Below are positions 17,458-27,908 of a stretch of 64,000 bases of DNA, one piece after another; the stretch's first letter is position 1; every line of letters begins with the position of its first letter. Origin of the DNA: Candidatus Nomurabacteria bacterium (GTDB lineage Bacteria > Patescibacteriota > Minisyncoccia > Phycocordibacterales > SBAW01); contig CALRFF010000003.1 of the NCBI GenBank assembly GCA_943356495.1, forward strand, positions 551 through 64,550, written 5' to 3'. The notes beneath the pieces are model-generated. The model was not told where the DNA came from. It saw only the letters and a program-made list of their open reading frames with translations, and did not search any database. Made by a program: the position numbers and the translations under genes.

Positions 17458-18843
17458 ATGAAATTGGGGCGACTTATAGGTGTTTCTGTTTTTATGTTTG
17501 CCCTTGGGGTAGGGGGATTTTTTGCCTATAACGCCCCCGCGCCGGCCGTAGCGCAGGAGCTGACGCCCCAGCAGCGTGCGGTCCTGCAGGCCGAGTATGA
17601 CCAATTGCAAAAGGAGATTGCCGAGTGGCAAAAAGTCTTGGACGAAACGCAGGCCAAGAAAAATACTCTTAAAGGCGATGTTTCCGCGCTTACTGCGCAG
17701 ATAAACAAGGCGACCGCCGAGATAAAACAACGCAACGTGGTTATTACCCAGCTTTCCACCCAGATAGCACAAAAAAATAAAACCGTCGCCACGCTTAATG
17801 CCCGCCTAACCGCCGGCCAAGAGTCGCTGGCAAAAATTTTGCGCGAAAAGTCCGAGCGCGACTCGACGCCGCTGGTGGTGCTTGCGCTTTCTTCGGGCAG
17901 TTTGTCCGACTTTTTCGGCACGGTAGACGACCTCGACACGCTCAACGGGGCACTGCAGGAGCACTTTGACGACCTGCGGGGGATAAAAAAACAAACCGAG
18001 GAAGAAAAGGCGGCGCTCGCTAAACAGCAAAACGCGCAACTCGACGCGCGCTACCAAGTGCAGGTAAAAGAAAAGCAGATAACCGCCGACAAGACCGAAA
18101 AAAATAAGCTTCTGGCGGCGACTACAAAACAAGAGCAGGGCTACGCGCAAATTCTTGCCGAGCGGCAAAAACGCGCCGACGAAATCCGCAATGCTTTGTT
18201 TGACCTGCGCGACGCGGGCGGCATTTCGTTTGAAAGCGCGCTTAACTACGCCACCGTGGCGGGCGCTAAAACCGGCGTACGTCCGGCGATGATACTTGCC
18301 ATCCTTTCGCAGGAGTCCGACTTGGGTAAAAATATCGGCTCGTGTTTAGTGACTAACCTTGAGACGGGCAACGGCGTGGGTAAAAACACAGGCTCGGCGT
18401 TTGAAAAGGTGATGAAGGCGCCGCGCGACACCGAGCCGTTTCAAACCGTTACAGCGGCGCTCGGGCTTAACTGGGCGTCAACGCCGGTGTCCTGCCCCTT
18501 GGGCAAGGTGTACAGCGCGGGCCGCGGCTACGGCGGCGGTATGGGGCCGTCGCAGTTTATCCCCTCTACCTGGGTGCTGTTTGAGCCGCGGCTAAAAGTG
18601 GCGCTTGGCGTCGGCACCCCCAACCCGTGGAATCCGCAGGACGCTATTATGGCCACATCACTGTATTTAAAAGACTTAGGCGCCGCCGCGGGTACCTATA
18701 CCGCCGAGCGCAATGCCGCCTGCAAGTATTACTCGGGCCGCTCGTGTGACAGCAGGACCCCCACCAACTATACCTACGGCAACGCGGTGGTTGCCAAGGC
18801 GGAGACCTTCCAAAACAATATAGACTTTCTTAAGGACAACTAG
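17458..18843 (+). CDS. Secreted or anchored coiled-coil protein with a C-terminal lytic-transglycosylase-like (SLT) domain
   Basis: Signal anchor. ~250 aa of heptad-rich sequence. C-terminal AMILAILSQESDLGKNIGS (catalytic Glu context) and GMGPSQFIPSTW. Confidence 0.55.
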   Translation: MKLGRLIGVSVFMFALGVGGFFAYNAPAPAVAQELTPQQRAVLQAEYDQLQKEIAEWQKVLDETQAKKNTLKGDVSALTAQINKATAEIKQRNVVITQLSTQIAQKNKTVATLNARLTAGQESLAKILREKSERDSTPLVVLALSSGSLSDFFGTVDDLDTLNGALQEHFDDLRGIKKQTEEEKAALAKQQNAQLDARYQVQVKEKQITADKTEKNKLLAATTKQEQGYAQILAERQKRADEIRNALFDLRDAGGISFESALNYATVAGAKTGVRPAMILAILSQESDLGKNIGSCLVTNLETGNGVGKNTGSAFEKVMKAPRDTEPFQTVTAALGLNWASTPVSCPLGKVYSAGRGYGGGMGPSQFIPSTWVLFEPRLKVALGVGTPNPWNPQDAIMATSLYLKDLGAAAGTYTAERNAACKYYSGRSCDSRTPTNYTYGNAVVAKAETFQNNIDFLKDN

Positions 18844-18881
18844 CGCGGTTTGGCGCAAAAAGCAGAGGTATACTGTAGGTA

Positions 18882-21800
18882 TTGATGCAGCAACAAAGCC
18901 GCAACCTATGGATATTACTGGGCGCGGTTGCCGTAGCCGCGGGTATCCTGTCGCAGGGTTTTTTTGCCGAGCAATTTAGGCTAGTCTTGGCTACACTGCC
19001 CGCTGCCTCGCAAAGCGCCACAACTGCGCTTGGTGTCGAGCAAGGCTTGCCCTCGTATAGCGGCTACCCGTCGCCGACCAACTGCAGCACCGGCGAAAGT
19101 CTTTGTTACCCGAACACGCGCATCACTATGGTAAGCGTGCGCGACCAAGGCGGCGCCTCGGGCGCAGGGGAGACAAAATATATGGATTTAGCAGGGGTTG
19201 CAGGCTCTTCCGGTACCCCGGTAGTATTGGCGACACTTAACCCCACTACCATTCAATGGTCGTGCCAGCCGTCGCAGGTCGTAACCAGTCCTTACTATCA
19301 ATCGCAGACCTGCTCCTCCACTTACGACTGTAGCTGTTGGTTGGACTCCTATGGTGGTGTATTTTGCAGCACGTGTACCAGTTATTACGAGTGCGGGTAT
19401 TGGACCACACAAACCAACACCTACACGATGAGCGCGGGGTCCACCGGGAGCGGCGGAGCATTTACCGCAGGCGGCCTTAGCGGGTCGCAAACGCTTACCT
19501 ACCCGGTGGGTACGTACGAAACCGGAGAGGTCGTGCCCTACACCCTTTCCTGCAACTACGGTACACCCGTAAGTATCAACGTCACCATGGGGTCGACGAT
19601 TACCACCACCTCGCTGTCGGCAAGTGCTACCACCTTGCGCGCGGGGCTCGACCAAACAACGCTTACGGTTACCGCCACTGATGCGGTTGCCGACTCCTGC
19701 CAGTTGTTAGGTAACGCGGGTGTCATTAAGTCATACACGGGCACTAGTGTTAGCGACATAATAGACGTAGGGCCTTTCAACAACGAAAGCGAATCACAAA
19801 CCGTACGCATAAGGTGTATTACGCCGGAGGGCTTCAGCAAGACGTCGTCCGTTACTCTGACGATAAAAATACCGCCGGCACTTTCTATCACCGCAAACAA
19901 CCTCCCTACGGTCGCCTTTGTCGCGCCGAACACCAGCGCCGATATACGCTGGACCTCGAGCAACCAATATCCTAACTCCTGCTCGGTCAGCTATACCGCG
20001 TACGGCGGCTCGTGCGCCGCCGCGGCCAAGTATGTCGCCACTAAAGGCGCCTATGCATGGAAGGCGTTTACCGTGGACGGGGATACCTTTTTGGCGGTCG
20101 CCAACGCGTACGACGGCACGACGTACAACACCGACTCCAGTATTTACAAATGGGTGTCGAGCTTGAGCTGTTTCGGTAAAGACGCCGAGTCGCCGTGCGG
20201 GACGTCGTACCAAGACATAGCCACCAACGGCGCCTCCATGTGGGAGTCGTTTACCGTCTCGGGCGATACGTACCTTGCGGTCGCCAACAGCCGTAATGAC
20301 ACGACCCGTCTGGTGAATTCAAACATATACAAATGGCTTTCCGCACAGGCGTGCTTCGGGGCGGACACGACCTGCGGCACGGCGTACCAGTCGATACCCA
20401 CAAGCGGCGCGGTCGACCTGCAGCCTATTACTGTCGGTTCTACGTTATATTTGGCCGCGGCCAATTATCGCGACGACACGACCTACGCCACCAGCAGTAC
20501 GCTGTATCGCTGGATGTCCTCGGGGACCAATTGCCCTTCGGGCGGCGGCTTCGGCAACGGTGCTGCCTGCGGGTCGGTGCTGCAGTCGATAGCTACTAAA
20601 GGTGCCTACCGCATGGAAGCATTTGTAGTAGAAGGTGAGTCGTACTTGGCGGTCAGTAACGCCTACGACGGCAGCGGGTATAACCTTCCTTCCCATATCT
20701 ATAAATACACCGCGACCGGCACTAACTGTCCCTCGGGCGGAGGCTTTGGCAACGGCAATACGCATACCTGCGGGACGCCGATACAAACCATAAACACGAG
20801 CGGGGCATACGGGTTTAAATTCTTTATGGTCGGCAGCGCGCCGTACCTTGCGGTCGCCAACTCCTACGACGGCACCACCTTCCAGATCAACTCAAAGATT
20901 TATAAATGGATGAGCGGCAGCAAATGCTTCGGCAGCGGGACTACCTGTAGTGCCGCGTTTCAGGTATTGGCAACCAAGGGCGCCACGCAGCTGCAGACGT
21001 TTACTATCGGCCCGGAGACGTACCTGCTTGCCGCCAACGCGTACGACGGACTTACCTACAATATAAGTTCCAGCATGTACCGCTGGATGCAAAGCTCCCA
21101 GTGCTTCGGCAACAGCACCTCTTGTGGCACTGCGCTCGAAGTAATCCCCACGAGCGGAGCGGCATGGTGGGAGCCGGTCACAGTAAACGGCGACGTGTAT
21201 TTGGCGACCGCCAACTACTTTAACGGCACTACCCGCAACATAAACTCCGCGATTATGAAGTGGTCTCCGAACGGCTGCGGCGACACAGAGTTTGGTACTC
21301 CGGCCACGTGGACCGCCGACCAAAGCCCCGTCGCCGGCTACCCGACGGGAGTCTTTTCCGGCGCTCGACTGTATACGCTTGTTTGTAAATGGATGGACAA
21401 CACCACCGCCAGCAGTACCAGCGTCATCGTATCGGTGTTGCCGGAACTTATATTGAGCGCCAACGGCAGCACTACCAACCCTGTGTATGTGACCCCCGGC
21501 AGCGCGGCGCTTATACAGTGGTCGGCAAAGAATGTGCAAAACGGTTCCTGCGGCGTCACCAACACCTACGACGCTTCTAATTGGGCAGGGGACAACAACT
21601 CCGCCGGCTACTCCTCGCCGGTGTTTAGCAACGGACAGGAAATAACCTACACGCTCGCCTGCCTTGGGCTGGACGGCGCACCGCTTACTAAGGTAATGCG
21701 GGTCATCGGCGCTACGCCGGTGCCGCTGCTTTCCAGCCTTTCTATATCCGCCTCGCGCGTGGTTAAAGGCGGCCGCCCGACTATCCACTGGAACGCCACC

Positions 21801-22028
21801 GACCTTGATGCCGGCATCGAGTGTAGCGTTACACCTACCTTGCAGGGCGGTGCCTCGGCCTCTACGTGGGATGGCTCGGGTACTACATGGAGTTCACCCG
21901 TGGGCGGCGCGATAGGGCCCATTATCACCGTGGCGACCGCCTTTACGCTTAAGTGTGTTAATGCGGCCGGCGACATCGCGCAGGTCTCTGCGGTAGCCAA
22001 CCTGATTCCGGGCTTTAAGGAGATATAA
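18882..22028 (+). CDS. Secreted multi-domain protein with two Ig-like modules, a seven-bladed EAR/EPTP-like beta-propeller (nt ~20028-21270), then two Ig-like modules
   Basis: Seven ~55-aa repeats of the form C-x-G...Q-x-I-x-T-x-GA...F-x-V-x-G-x-x-YLAVAN-x-x-(D/N)-x-T-x-x-x-S-x-IYKW, which is the EAR/EPTP consensus. N-terminal signal peptide. Confidence 0.7.
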   Translation: MMQQQSRNLWILLGAVAVAAGILSQGFFAEQFRLVLATLPAASQSATTALGVEQGLPSYSGYPSPTNCSTGESLCYPNTRITMVSVRDQGGASGAGETKYMDLAGVAGSSGTPVVLATLNPTTIQWSCQPSQVVTSPYYQSQTCSSTYDCSCWLDSYGGVFCSTCTSYYECGYWTTQTNTYTMSAGSTGSGGAFTAGGLSGSQTLTYPVGTYETGEVVPYTLSCNYGTPVSINVTMGSTITTTSLSASATTLRAGLDQTTLTVTATDAVADSCQLLGNAGVIKSYTGTSVSDIIDVGPFNNESESQTVRIRCITPEGFSKTSSVTLTIKIPPALSITANNLPTVAFVAPNTSADIRWTSSNQYPNSCSVSYTAYGGSCAAAAKYVATKGAYAWKAFTVDGDTFLAVANAYDGTTYNTDSSIYKWVSSLSCFGKDAESPCGTSYQDIATNGASMWESFTVSGDTYLAVANSRNDTTRLVNSNIYKWLSAQACFGADTTCGTAYQSIPTSGAVDLQPITVGSTLYLAAANYRDDTTYATSSTLYRWMSSGTNCPSGGGFGNGAACGSVLQSIATKGAYRMEAFVVEGESYLAVSNAYDGSGYNLPSHIYKYTATGTNCPSGGGFGNGNTHTCGTPIQTINTSGAYGFKFFMVGSAPYLAVANSYDGTTFQINSKIYKWMSGSKCFGSGTTCSAAFQVLATKGATQLQTFTIGPETYLLAANAYDGLTYNISSSMYRWMQSSQCFGNSTSCGTALEVIPTSGAAWWEPVTVNGDVYLATANYFNGTTRNINSAIMKWSPNGCGDTEFGTPATWTADQSPVAGYPTGVFSGARLYTLVCKWMDNTTASSTSVIVSVLPELILSANGSTTNPVYVTPGSAALIQWSAKNVQNGSCGVTNTYDASNWAGDNNSAGYSSPVFSNGQEITYTLACLGLDGAPLTKVMRVIGATPVPLLSSLSISASRVVKGGRPTIHWNATDLDAGIECSVTPTLQGGASASTWDGSGTTWSSPVGGAIGPIITVATAFTLKCVNAAGDIAQVSAVANLIPGFKEI

Positions 22029-22235
22029 TATAATCAACCCATGACGATTAACCGTTTCCGCATAAAAATCGTACTGGTAGTCCTTGCTTGCCTCCTTGCG
22101 ACGGTCGTGTTGAGCGAGCTACTGATTCGGACCGTGCAAGGTATGTTACCCGGACACGATAAAAGTGTTGCGGCCGCTGACCGCTCGTGTCCCCTTATTG
22201 AAGACGAAGCACGTTTTGTCGGATGCAACGCTACT

Positions 22236-23801
22236 CTATAACGCGGCGTTGTACCAGCGCCTGAGCAGACCTGCGGCAAAAATTACAGCGAAGAAACCGA
22301 GGAGCGGCGCGTTACCGAAACGCGAGAAAAAAGTCGGGCTCGTGTCGGCCAACACGATCTCGCCGCGCAGGAGAGTGCTTTCACCTATACCCGCGTATGC
22401 CATAAGAGAGCCGTCCGCGCGGATAATGGCCGAAGGCCCGAGCACATTGGCGCGTATGACGGGCAGATTATTTTCTACGGCGCGAAACCGGGCCGCTCGA
22501 AGGCTGTACACACGCACGGTCGTCCCAAAAAAACTTTCAGAGCCGACGGAAACAATAACCGATGAACGTTGCGCGTCTGTGCGCACCTCGTCTTGGCCGT
22601 ATACCTCCGAGCATATGGCCCCCGCAACCTCCCTACCCGCTATGGTGAATTGCTGACCGGCTCCGCCCGGAGTTATTTCCTCCGAGATGGTCGAAAGGCC
22701 GGCGTGCTGCGCCCAGCGTGGTGTATAGTCAAAAAAAGGAAACAAAGAACGCTTTCGGTACTCGGCGGCGAGCGCCCCGTCTTTGTAGGTCTGCAGTTCG
22801 TTGTACAGCAGGTCGTTTTGGTAGTAACTGGCCCAGACTAAGGCAGTGGTTCCCGCAGGCAACTGTTGCGCAAACCACGCCGCAACCGAGTCTGCCGAAG
22901 CAACGGAAAGATCGTATTTGAGTACCGGCTTTTTGTCATCGTACAGTACTCCCCGGGAGGGCGAAAAAGGGTATACGACGAGGTTGGACTTGTTTTTTGA
23001 CGCCTCCCTAAGCCACGGCTCCAGCGCCGAGAGGCTAAACACACCATCGTACTCCCGGCCGATAAGACGTTGGGGGTTAGCATCATCGCCAAACTGGATA
23101 CTGGCGACCGAGATAGACTGACCCCCAGCCTCGGGCGCGCGTGCATACAGGACCGCGCCGACACATAGCACGCCGATTACATACAGGGGGACGACCCCGA
23201 GGGCTACCGCGGGGCGGCGTGCCCAGTGTTGGGGTGCCTCGGCTAGCAAAGCATTACCCCAGGCAATCAAAAAAGAGACAAGAAATAGGCCCCCCACTGC
23301 GCCGAACGCCATAAGCACGGGCACCTCGGCGGCGGCATAGCCGAGGAGTGCAAAATTGTACCCGCCGTAAAGGCTGTAGAGCAGCAGCTCACCGGTCACA
23401 TACAGGACGGCGCCAAGCAGGCTGTTATGTAACAACGAGTCCGACCGCAAGGCTCTATATATGAGCAACGCTATGCCGGTGCAGACCCCGCCGAGCGCGG
23501 CAACAAGGAAAAAGCTAAGACGCACCGCCGTAATAAAAAACTGCTGGTCTGCGCTCCACCGAAACTCAACCACTGCGCCGAGCGAGAGCGAAAGAGCCAG
23601 CATGCCGCCGGCAATACATCCGCCCAAAAATACTTGCCATGCCGGTCGGTTGGGGAATGCGGCAACAAAATAAAAAAGAGGCGCAAGCGCGACGAACGTC
23701 AGGGGCCATACATCGTAGGGGTAAAAGGCGAGGACCAAAAGCGCGCCCGAAAGTACGGGCAGAATAAACCATCGACGCTCTAACAATTCACTGCTCGGCA
23801 T
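22236..23801 (-). CDS. lnt: Apolipoprotein N-acyltransferase-like protein (Lnt family: membrane domain plus CN-hydrolase domain). The start is trimmed to MPSSELL.
   Basis: Multi-TM N terminus, RKRSLFPFFDYTP (Lys motif) and GAICSEV (Cys motif). The longer ORF reaches 23972. Overlaps the upstream gene by 14 nt. Confidence 0.6.
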   Translation of the reverse strand: MPSSELLERRWFILPVLSGALLVLAFYPYDVWPLTFVALAPLFYFVAAFPNRPAWQVFLGGCIAGGMLALSLSLGAVVEFRWSADQQFFITAVRLSFFLVAALGGVCTGIALLIYRALRSDSLLHNSLLGAVLYVTGELLLYSLYGGYNFALLGYAAAEVPVLMAFGAVGGLFLVSFLIAWGNALLAEAPQHWARRPAVALGVVPLYVIGVLCVGAVLYARAPEAGGQSISVASIQFGDDANPQRLIGREYDGVFSLSALEPWLREASKNKSNLVVYPFSPSRGVLYDDKKPVLKYDLSVASADSVAAWFAQQLPAGTTALVWASYYQNDLLYNELQTYKDGALAAEYRKRSLFPFFDYTPRWAQHAGLSTISEEITPGGAGQQFTIAGREVAGAICSEVYGQDEVRTDAQRSSVIVSVGSESFFGTTVRVYSLRAARFRAVENNLPVIRANVLGPSAIIRADGSLMAYAGIGESTLLRGEIVLADTSPTFFSRFGNAPLLGFFAVIFAAGLLRRWYNAAL

Positions 23802-25050
23802 GCGTAATAAAGCGGCGCACTTTGACGCCGCCACGGGATAGCACAGGCACGATAATAGCTTTAAAAGTCCCCACCGCGCCTTGCGCAAGGGCTGTCTGCA
23901 TTGTTGCCGTCGGAGAGAGACGCCACACACTCGGGACCTCGCGTTCGATAAACGCGGCAAGATCGTGCGCACGTTCGGAGTCGGTCGACAAAACAGGGTC
24001 CACCACTTCTACCTGTATGGAGACTGCCGTACTCCCTTTAATCGGATAAAAATGTACTTGATACTCTTTGCCGGCCAAATGGGGAAAGACCGCAAACGCG
24101 CGGTCCGACTCCTCGACATCGAATTGCATGCCGTTGACGCGTACGCGGTCCACGTCGCTTCGGTGTGACCACTCAAGCAAAGGACCCGGCAAGTCGCACG
24201 AGCAGCCCTCCGGAACTTCGGCAAAATAGTCGCCGGTCCGGTACCGGAGCAGCGGCGTCGCTTTATTGTTGCCGAAGCTTATAACAAGTTCGTCGTCTAT
24301 AAGCTCCATGGCAGCAACGTCGGTCGTTACTATATGAAAACGGTTTTGTCCTTTCTTCATTATGTCGGGGCAGGTAAAGAGGATCCATTGGCCTATCTCG
24401 GTCGTAGCGTATATGCTGCCCATTAACGCGTTAGGGAACACCGCACCTAATTCAGCCCGTCTTGCGCCGGTAAGTGCCTCGGCGGAAAAGACTATAAGTT
24501 TTATATGTTCTGCTATGCCGCCGGCTTTTGCGTAAGGAGCGAAGGCCGAGGCGATGGTGGGGAGTGCCCACAACGAGTCGCATCCGGCCATCTTGGAGAT
24601 AATCACGTTGTTGGCCATGTTGTTGAGGTCGCCGAACACGGGTACGACCGGATGGCGTGCCTCCTGACACATCTGCACGAACACGGTAGGGAACCCTTTT
24701 TGTATCTGCGGATGGAGCACCAACGGACGCGCGGTGGGGTAGCCCAGCGACGGTTCAACCCCGTACTTTTGCACCCGCGCGTACGGGATAATAAGCGGAG
24801 TGCCCGAGGTAGTGCCGGAGGTAAGCGCAACCGAGCGTATCTCTTCTTTCGGCACAAAAAGTCTGCGGTCTACCGGAGTATCGATAAGTTCTTGGCGCGT
24901 GAGCAGCGGAAGATTAAAAAAACTATCTATGGTTACGGTCTTGGGCTCCACCCCGGCGTGCATATATTTGTCGCGGTAAAAGGAAGAGTAGGAGTTGCCG
25001 ACCGCGGCCGCGAGTAGCTGCTCGAGCAGGGGGCGGTTGATCCATTGCAT
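23788..25050 (-). CDS. Adenylate-forming enzyme of the PaaK / CapK / coenzyme-F390-synthetase family
   Basis: [14 protein letters not shown] (phosphate-binding loop) and LLRYRTGD. The start is trimmed to MQWINRPLL. The 5' extension of the long ORF overlaps rpmE. Confidence 0.7.
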   Translation of the reverse strand: MQWINRPLLEQLLAAAVGNSYSSFYRDKYMHAGVEPKTVTIDSFFNLPLLTRQELIDTPVDRRLFVPKEEIRSVALTSGTTSGTPLIIPYARVQKYGVEPSLGYPTARPLVLHPQIQKGFPTVFVQMCQEARHPVVPVFGDLNNMANNVIISKMAGCDSLWALPTIASAFAPYAKAGGIAEHIKLIVFSAEALTGARRAELGAVFPNALMGSIYATTEIGQWILFTCPDIMKKGQNRFHIVTTDVAAMELIDDELVISFGNNKATPLLRYRTGDYFAEVPEGCSCDLPGPLLEWSHRSDVDRVRVNGMQFDVEESDRAFAVFPHLAGKEYQVHFYPIKGSTAVSIQVEVVDPVLSTDSERAHDLAAFIEREVPSVWRLSPTATMQTALAQGAVGTFKAIIVPVLSRGGVKVRRFITHAEQ

Positions 25051-25095
25051 AGGGCTATTATTGCAACAAAAGCGCTTTTGTGCTACATTCTTGGT

Positions 25096-25320
25096 GTGAA
25101 AACCGACACCCACCCGACCTATTTCCCCAAGGCTAAGATAACCTGCGCGTGCGGGCACTCCTTTACCGTGGGCTCCACCAAGGAGAAGCTCGAGGTGGAA
25201 ATCTGCTCCAATTGCCACCCGTTTTACACCGGCAACGAAAAGGTGCTCGACGCCGCCGGCCGTGTAGAGAAGTTTAAAAAGCGCGCCGCTTCCAAAACCT
25301 CGACTCTCAAGTCGAAGTAG
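25096..25320 (+). CDS. rpmE: 50S ribosomal protein L31 (zinc-ribbon type)
   Basis: GTG start (V)[13 protein letters not shown]...[19 protein letters not shown]. Confidence 0.85.
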   Translation: MKTDTHPTYFPKAKITCACGHSFTVGSTKEKLEVEICSNCHPFYTGNEKVLDAAGRVEKFKKRAASKTSTLKSK

Positions 25321-26184
<864 letters not shown>

Positions 26185-26219
26185 TAATCTCTTGGGACGG
26201 CCCTCGGGCCCATTTTTAG

Positions 26220-26942
26220 ATGGAAAACAACCCACTTATAGACAAACTCTTCTCGGTCGGCGCTCACTTCGGCTACAGCCCGTCGCGCCGTCACCCGAGC
26301 ATTTCGCGCTTTATCTTCGGCCAAAAGGGCGGGATGGAGCTTTTTGATTTGGAGCAAACAGCCAAGCTTCTTGAAGAGGCGCTGGCGGTTGTTAAGTCCC
26401 TTGCCGCAGAGCGCAAAGTTATTCTTTTTGTCGGCGGCAAAGCCGAGGCAAAAGCGGCAGTTACCCGCACTGCGCAAATGCTTAACCAGCCGTACTCCGC
26501 CGGCCGCTGGATAGGCGGCACGCTCACCAACTGGCAGGAAATTAAAAAGCGCCTCAACCGTTTGGCCGAGCTTACGCAGATGCGCGAAAAGGGCGAGTTG
26601 GTAAAATTTACTAAAATGGAGCGCCTGCTTATCGACCGCGACATTGCCGACTTGGAGCTTATGTTCGGCGGCCTTAAAGGTATGCAGAAGGCTCCGGACG
26701 CGCTGTTTGTTATCGACCCTAAAGCCGAGAGCGGCGCGGTGGCCGAGGCTAATCAATTGAAGATACCGGTTATTGCGCTGCTTAACTCCGATTGCAATCA
26801 GGCGGGGGTGGCGCATCCGATACCGGCCAACGACTCCTCGCGCGAGTCTATCCAGTTTGTGCTCGACGAAGTCGGCAAGACCTACCTCAACAACTTGGGG
26901 GCTGTGCCTGCAGCGGCCGCTCCTGAAACGCCGGCTAAATAA
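26220..26942 (+). CDS. rpsB: 30S ribosomal protein S2
   Basis: VGAHFGYS, ILFVGGKAEAK, RWIGGTLTNW, IPVIALLNSDCN...PIPANDSSRESI. Confidence 0.9.
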   Translation: MENNPLIDKLFSVGAHFGYSPSRRHPSISRFIFGQKGGMELFDLEQTAKLLEEALAVVKSLAAERKVILFVGGKAEAKAAVTRTAQMLNQPYSAGRWIGGTLTNWQEIKKRLNRLAELTQMREKGELVKFTKMERLLIDRDIADLELMFGGLKGMQKAPDALFVIDPKAESGAVAEANQLKIPVIALLNSDCNQAGVAHPIPANDSSRESIQFVLDEVGKTYLNNLGAVPAAAAPETPAK

Positions 26943-26950
26943 TCCTACGT

Positions 26951-27406
26951 ATGGCTATCTCTCCCGAGGCCGTTAAAGAGCTGCGCGACAAGACCGGTAT
27001 TTCGGTTATGGAGTGCAAAAAAGCGCTCGAAGAAGCGCAGGGCGACATGGCAAAAGCCATCGAAATTCTTTCTGCACGCGCCGCCGCGTCTGTAGCCAAA
27101 AAGGCCGACCGCGTTTTGGGCGCCGGCACCGTAGCCTCCTACATTCACAACCAAGGCCAAGTCGGTGCGATGGTCGTACTTTCCTGCGAGACTGACTTTG
27201 TATCCAAAAACGACGAGTTTATGACGCTCGCGCGTGATATTGCGATGCACGCCGCGGCCATGCGCCCGGCAGATGTTGCCGAGCTGGCGACACAGCCGTT
27301 CATTAAAAATCCCGAGAAAACAATTGCGGACCTTATCTCGGGTGCGACGCAAAAGTTCGGCGAGCGCGTTGAGGTAACGCAATTCGCGTGCTTTGCGGTC
27401 AAGTAG
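26951..27406 (+). CDS. tsf: Elongation factor Ts (short form, 151 aa)
   Basis: ISPEAVKELRDKTGISVMECKKALEEAQGDMAKAIE. Conserved rpsB-tsf order. Confidence 0.85.
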   Translation: MAISPEAVKELRDKTGISVMECKKALEEAQGDMAKAIEILSARAAASVAKKADRVLGAGTVASYIHNQGQVGAMVVLSCETDFVSKNDEFMTLARDIAMHAAAMRPADVAELATQPFIKNPEKTIADLISGATQKFGERVEVTQFACFAVK

Positions 27407-27436
27407 CCCCTGCGCGTAAAGCGCTATACTAGTATT

Positions 27437-27841
27437 ATGTGGCTGTTTTTTACCATAACGCTTCTGCTTTCCTGCCTCGGCATGCTGGTCTTGCTATGGC
27501 TTAAACGCTACGAGTTGCGCACGGGGCGGATGTTCTTTGCGGGTGCGCGCCCGCGCTTGGGAGAGTTTTTTAGCCGCACCCTGGTATGGGTCGAGTATGC
27601 GCTGCCGGCTCTGCTTGCGCACGCCGCAAAGCGCTTGTGGCGTGCCGCACGGGTGCTCGCACATCGCACGGTGGCATGGGTGGTGGTGGGCACCGAAACT
27701 TTGCTCGAGCGCGGGCTGCAGGTGTTGCGGCATAAAACAGACGCGCCGCGCCAAGGCGGCGAAGCGTCGCCTTTCTTGCGCGAGGTAGCCGAGCATAAAA
27801 AAATCCTGCGCGGCGGGCAGGATGATGGTCAGCCGGAGTAG
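27437..27841 (+). CDS. Hypothetical membrane protein. Its stop codon lies inside the first 10 nt of tRNA-Thr.
   Basis: N-terminal TM WLFFTITLLLSCLGMLVLLWL, arginine-rich remainder. Confidence 0.35.
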   Translation: MWLFFTITLLLSCLGMLVLLWLKRYELRTGRMFFAGARPRLGEFFSRTLVWVEYALPALLAHAAKRLWRAARVLAHRTVAWVVVGTETLLERGLQVLRHKTDAPRQGGEASPFLREVAEHKKILRGGQDDGQPE

Positions 27842-27904
27842 CTTAGTTGGTAAAGCACCTCTTTTGTAAAGAGGCGACCGTCGGTTCGAGTCCGACCTCC
27901 GGCT
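27832..27904 (+). tRNA. tRNA-Thr (anticodon TGT). CCA is not encoded.
   Basis: Hand-folded cloverleaf. Acceptor GCCGGAG/CTCCGGC, D arm GCTT-AGTTGGTA-AAGC, anticodon stem CCTCT/AGAGG with loop TTTGTAA, T arm GTCGG-TTCGAGT-CCGAC. Confidence 0.85.
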
Positions 27905-27908
27905 CTAA

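Noticed and set aside
20892-21788. 298-aa minus-strand ORF inside the propeller gene
   Set aside because: It is antisense to a gene with strongly periodic EAR repeats on the plus strand. No support.
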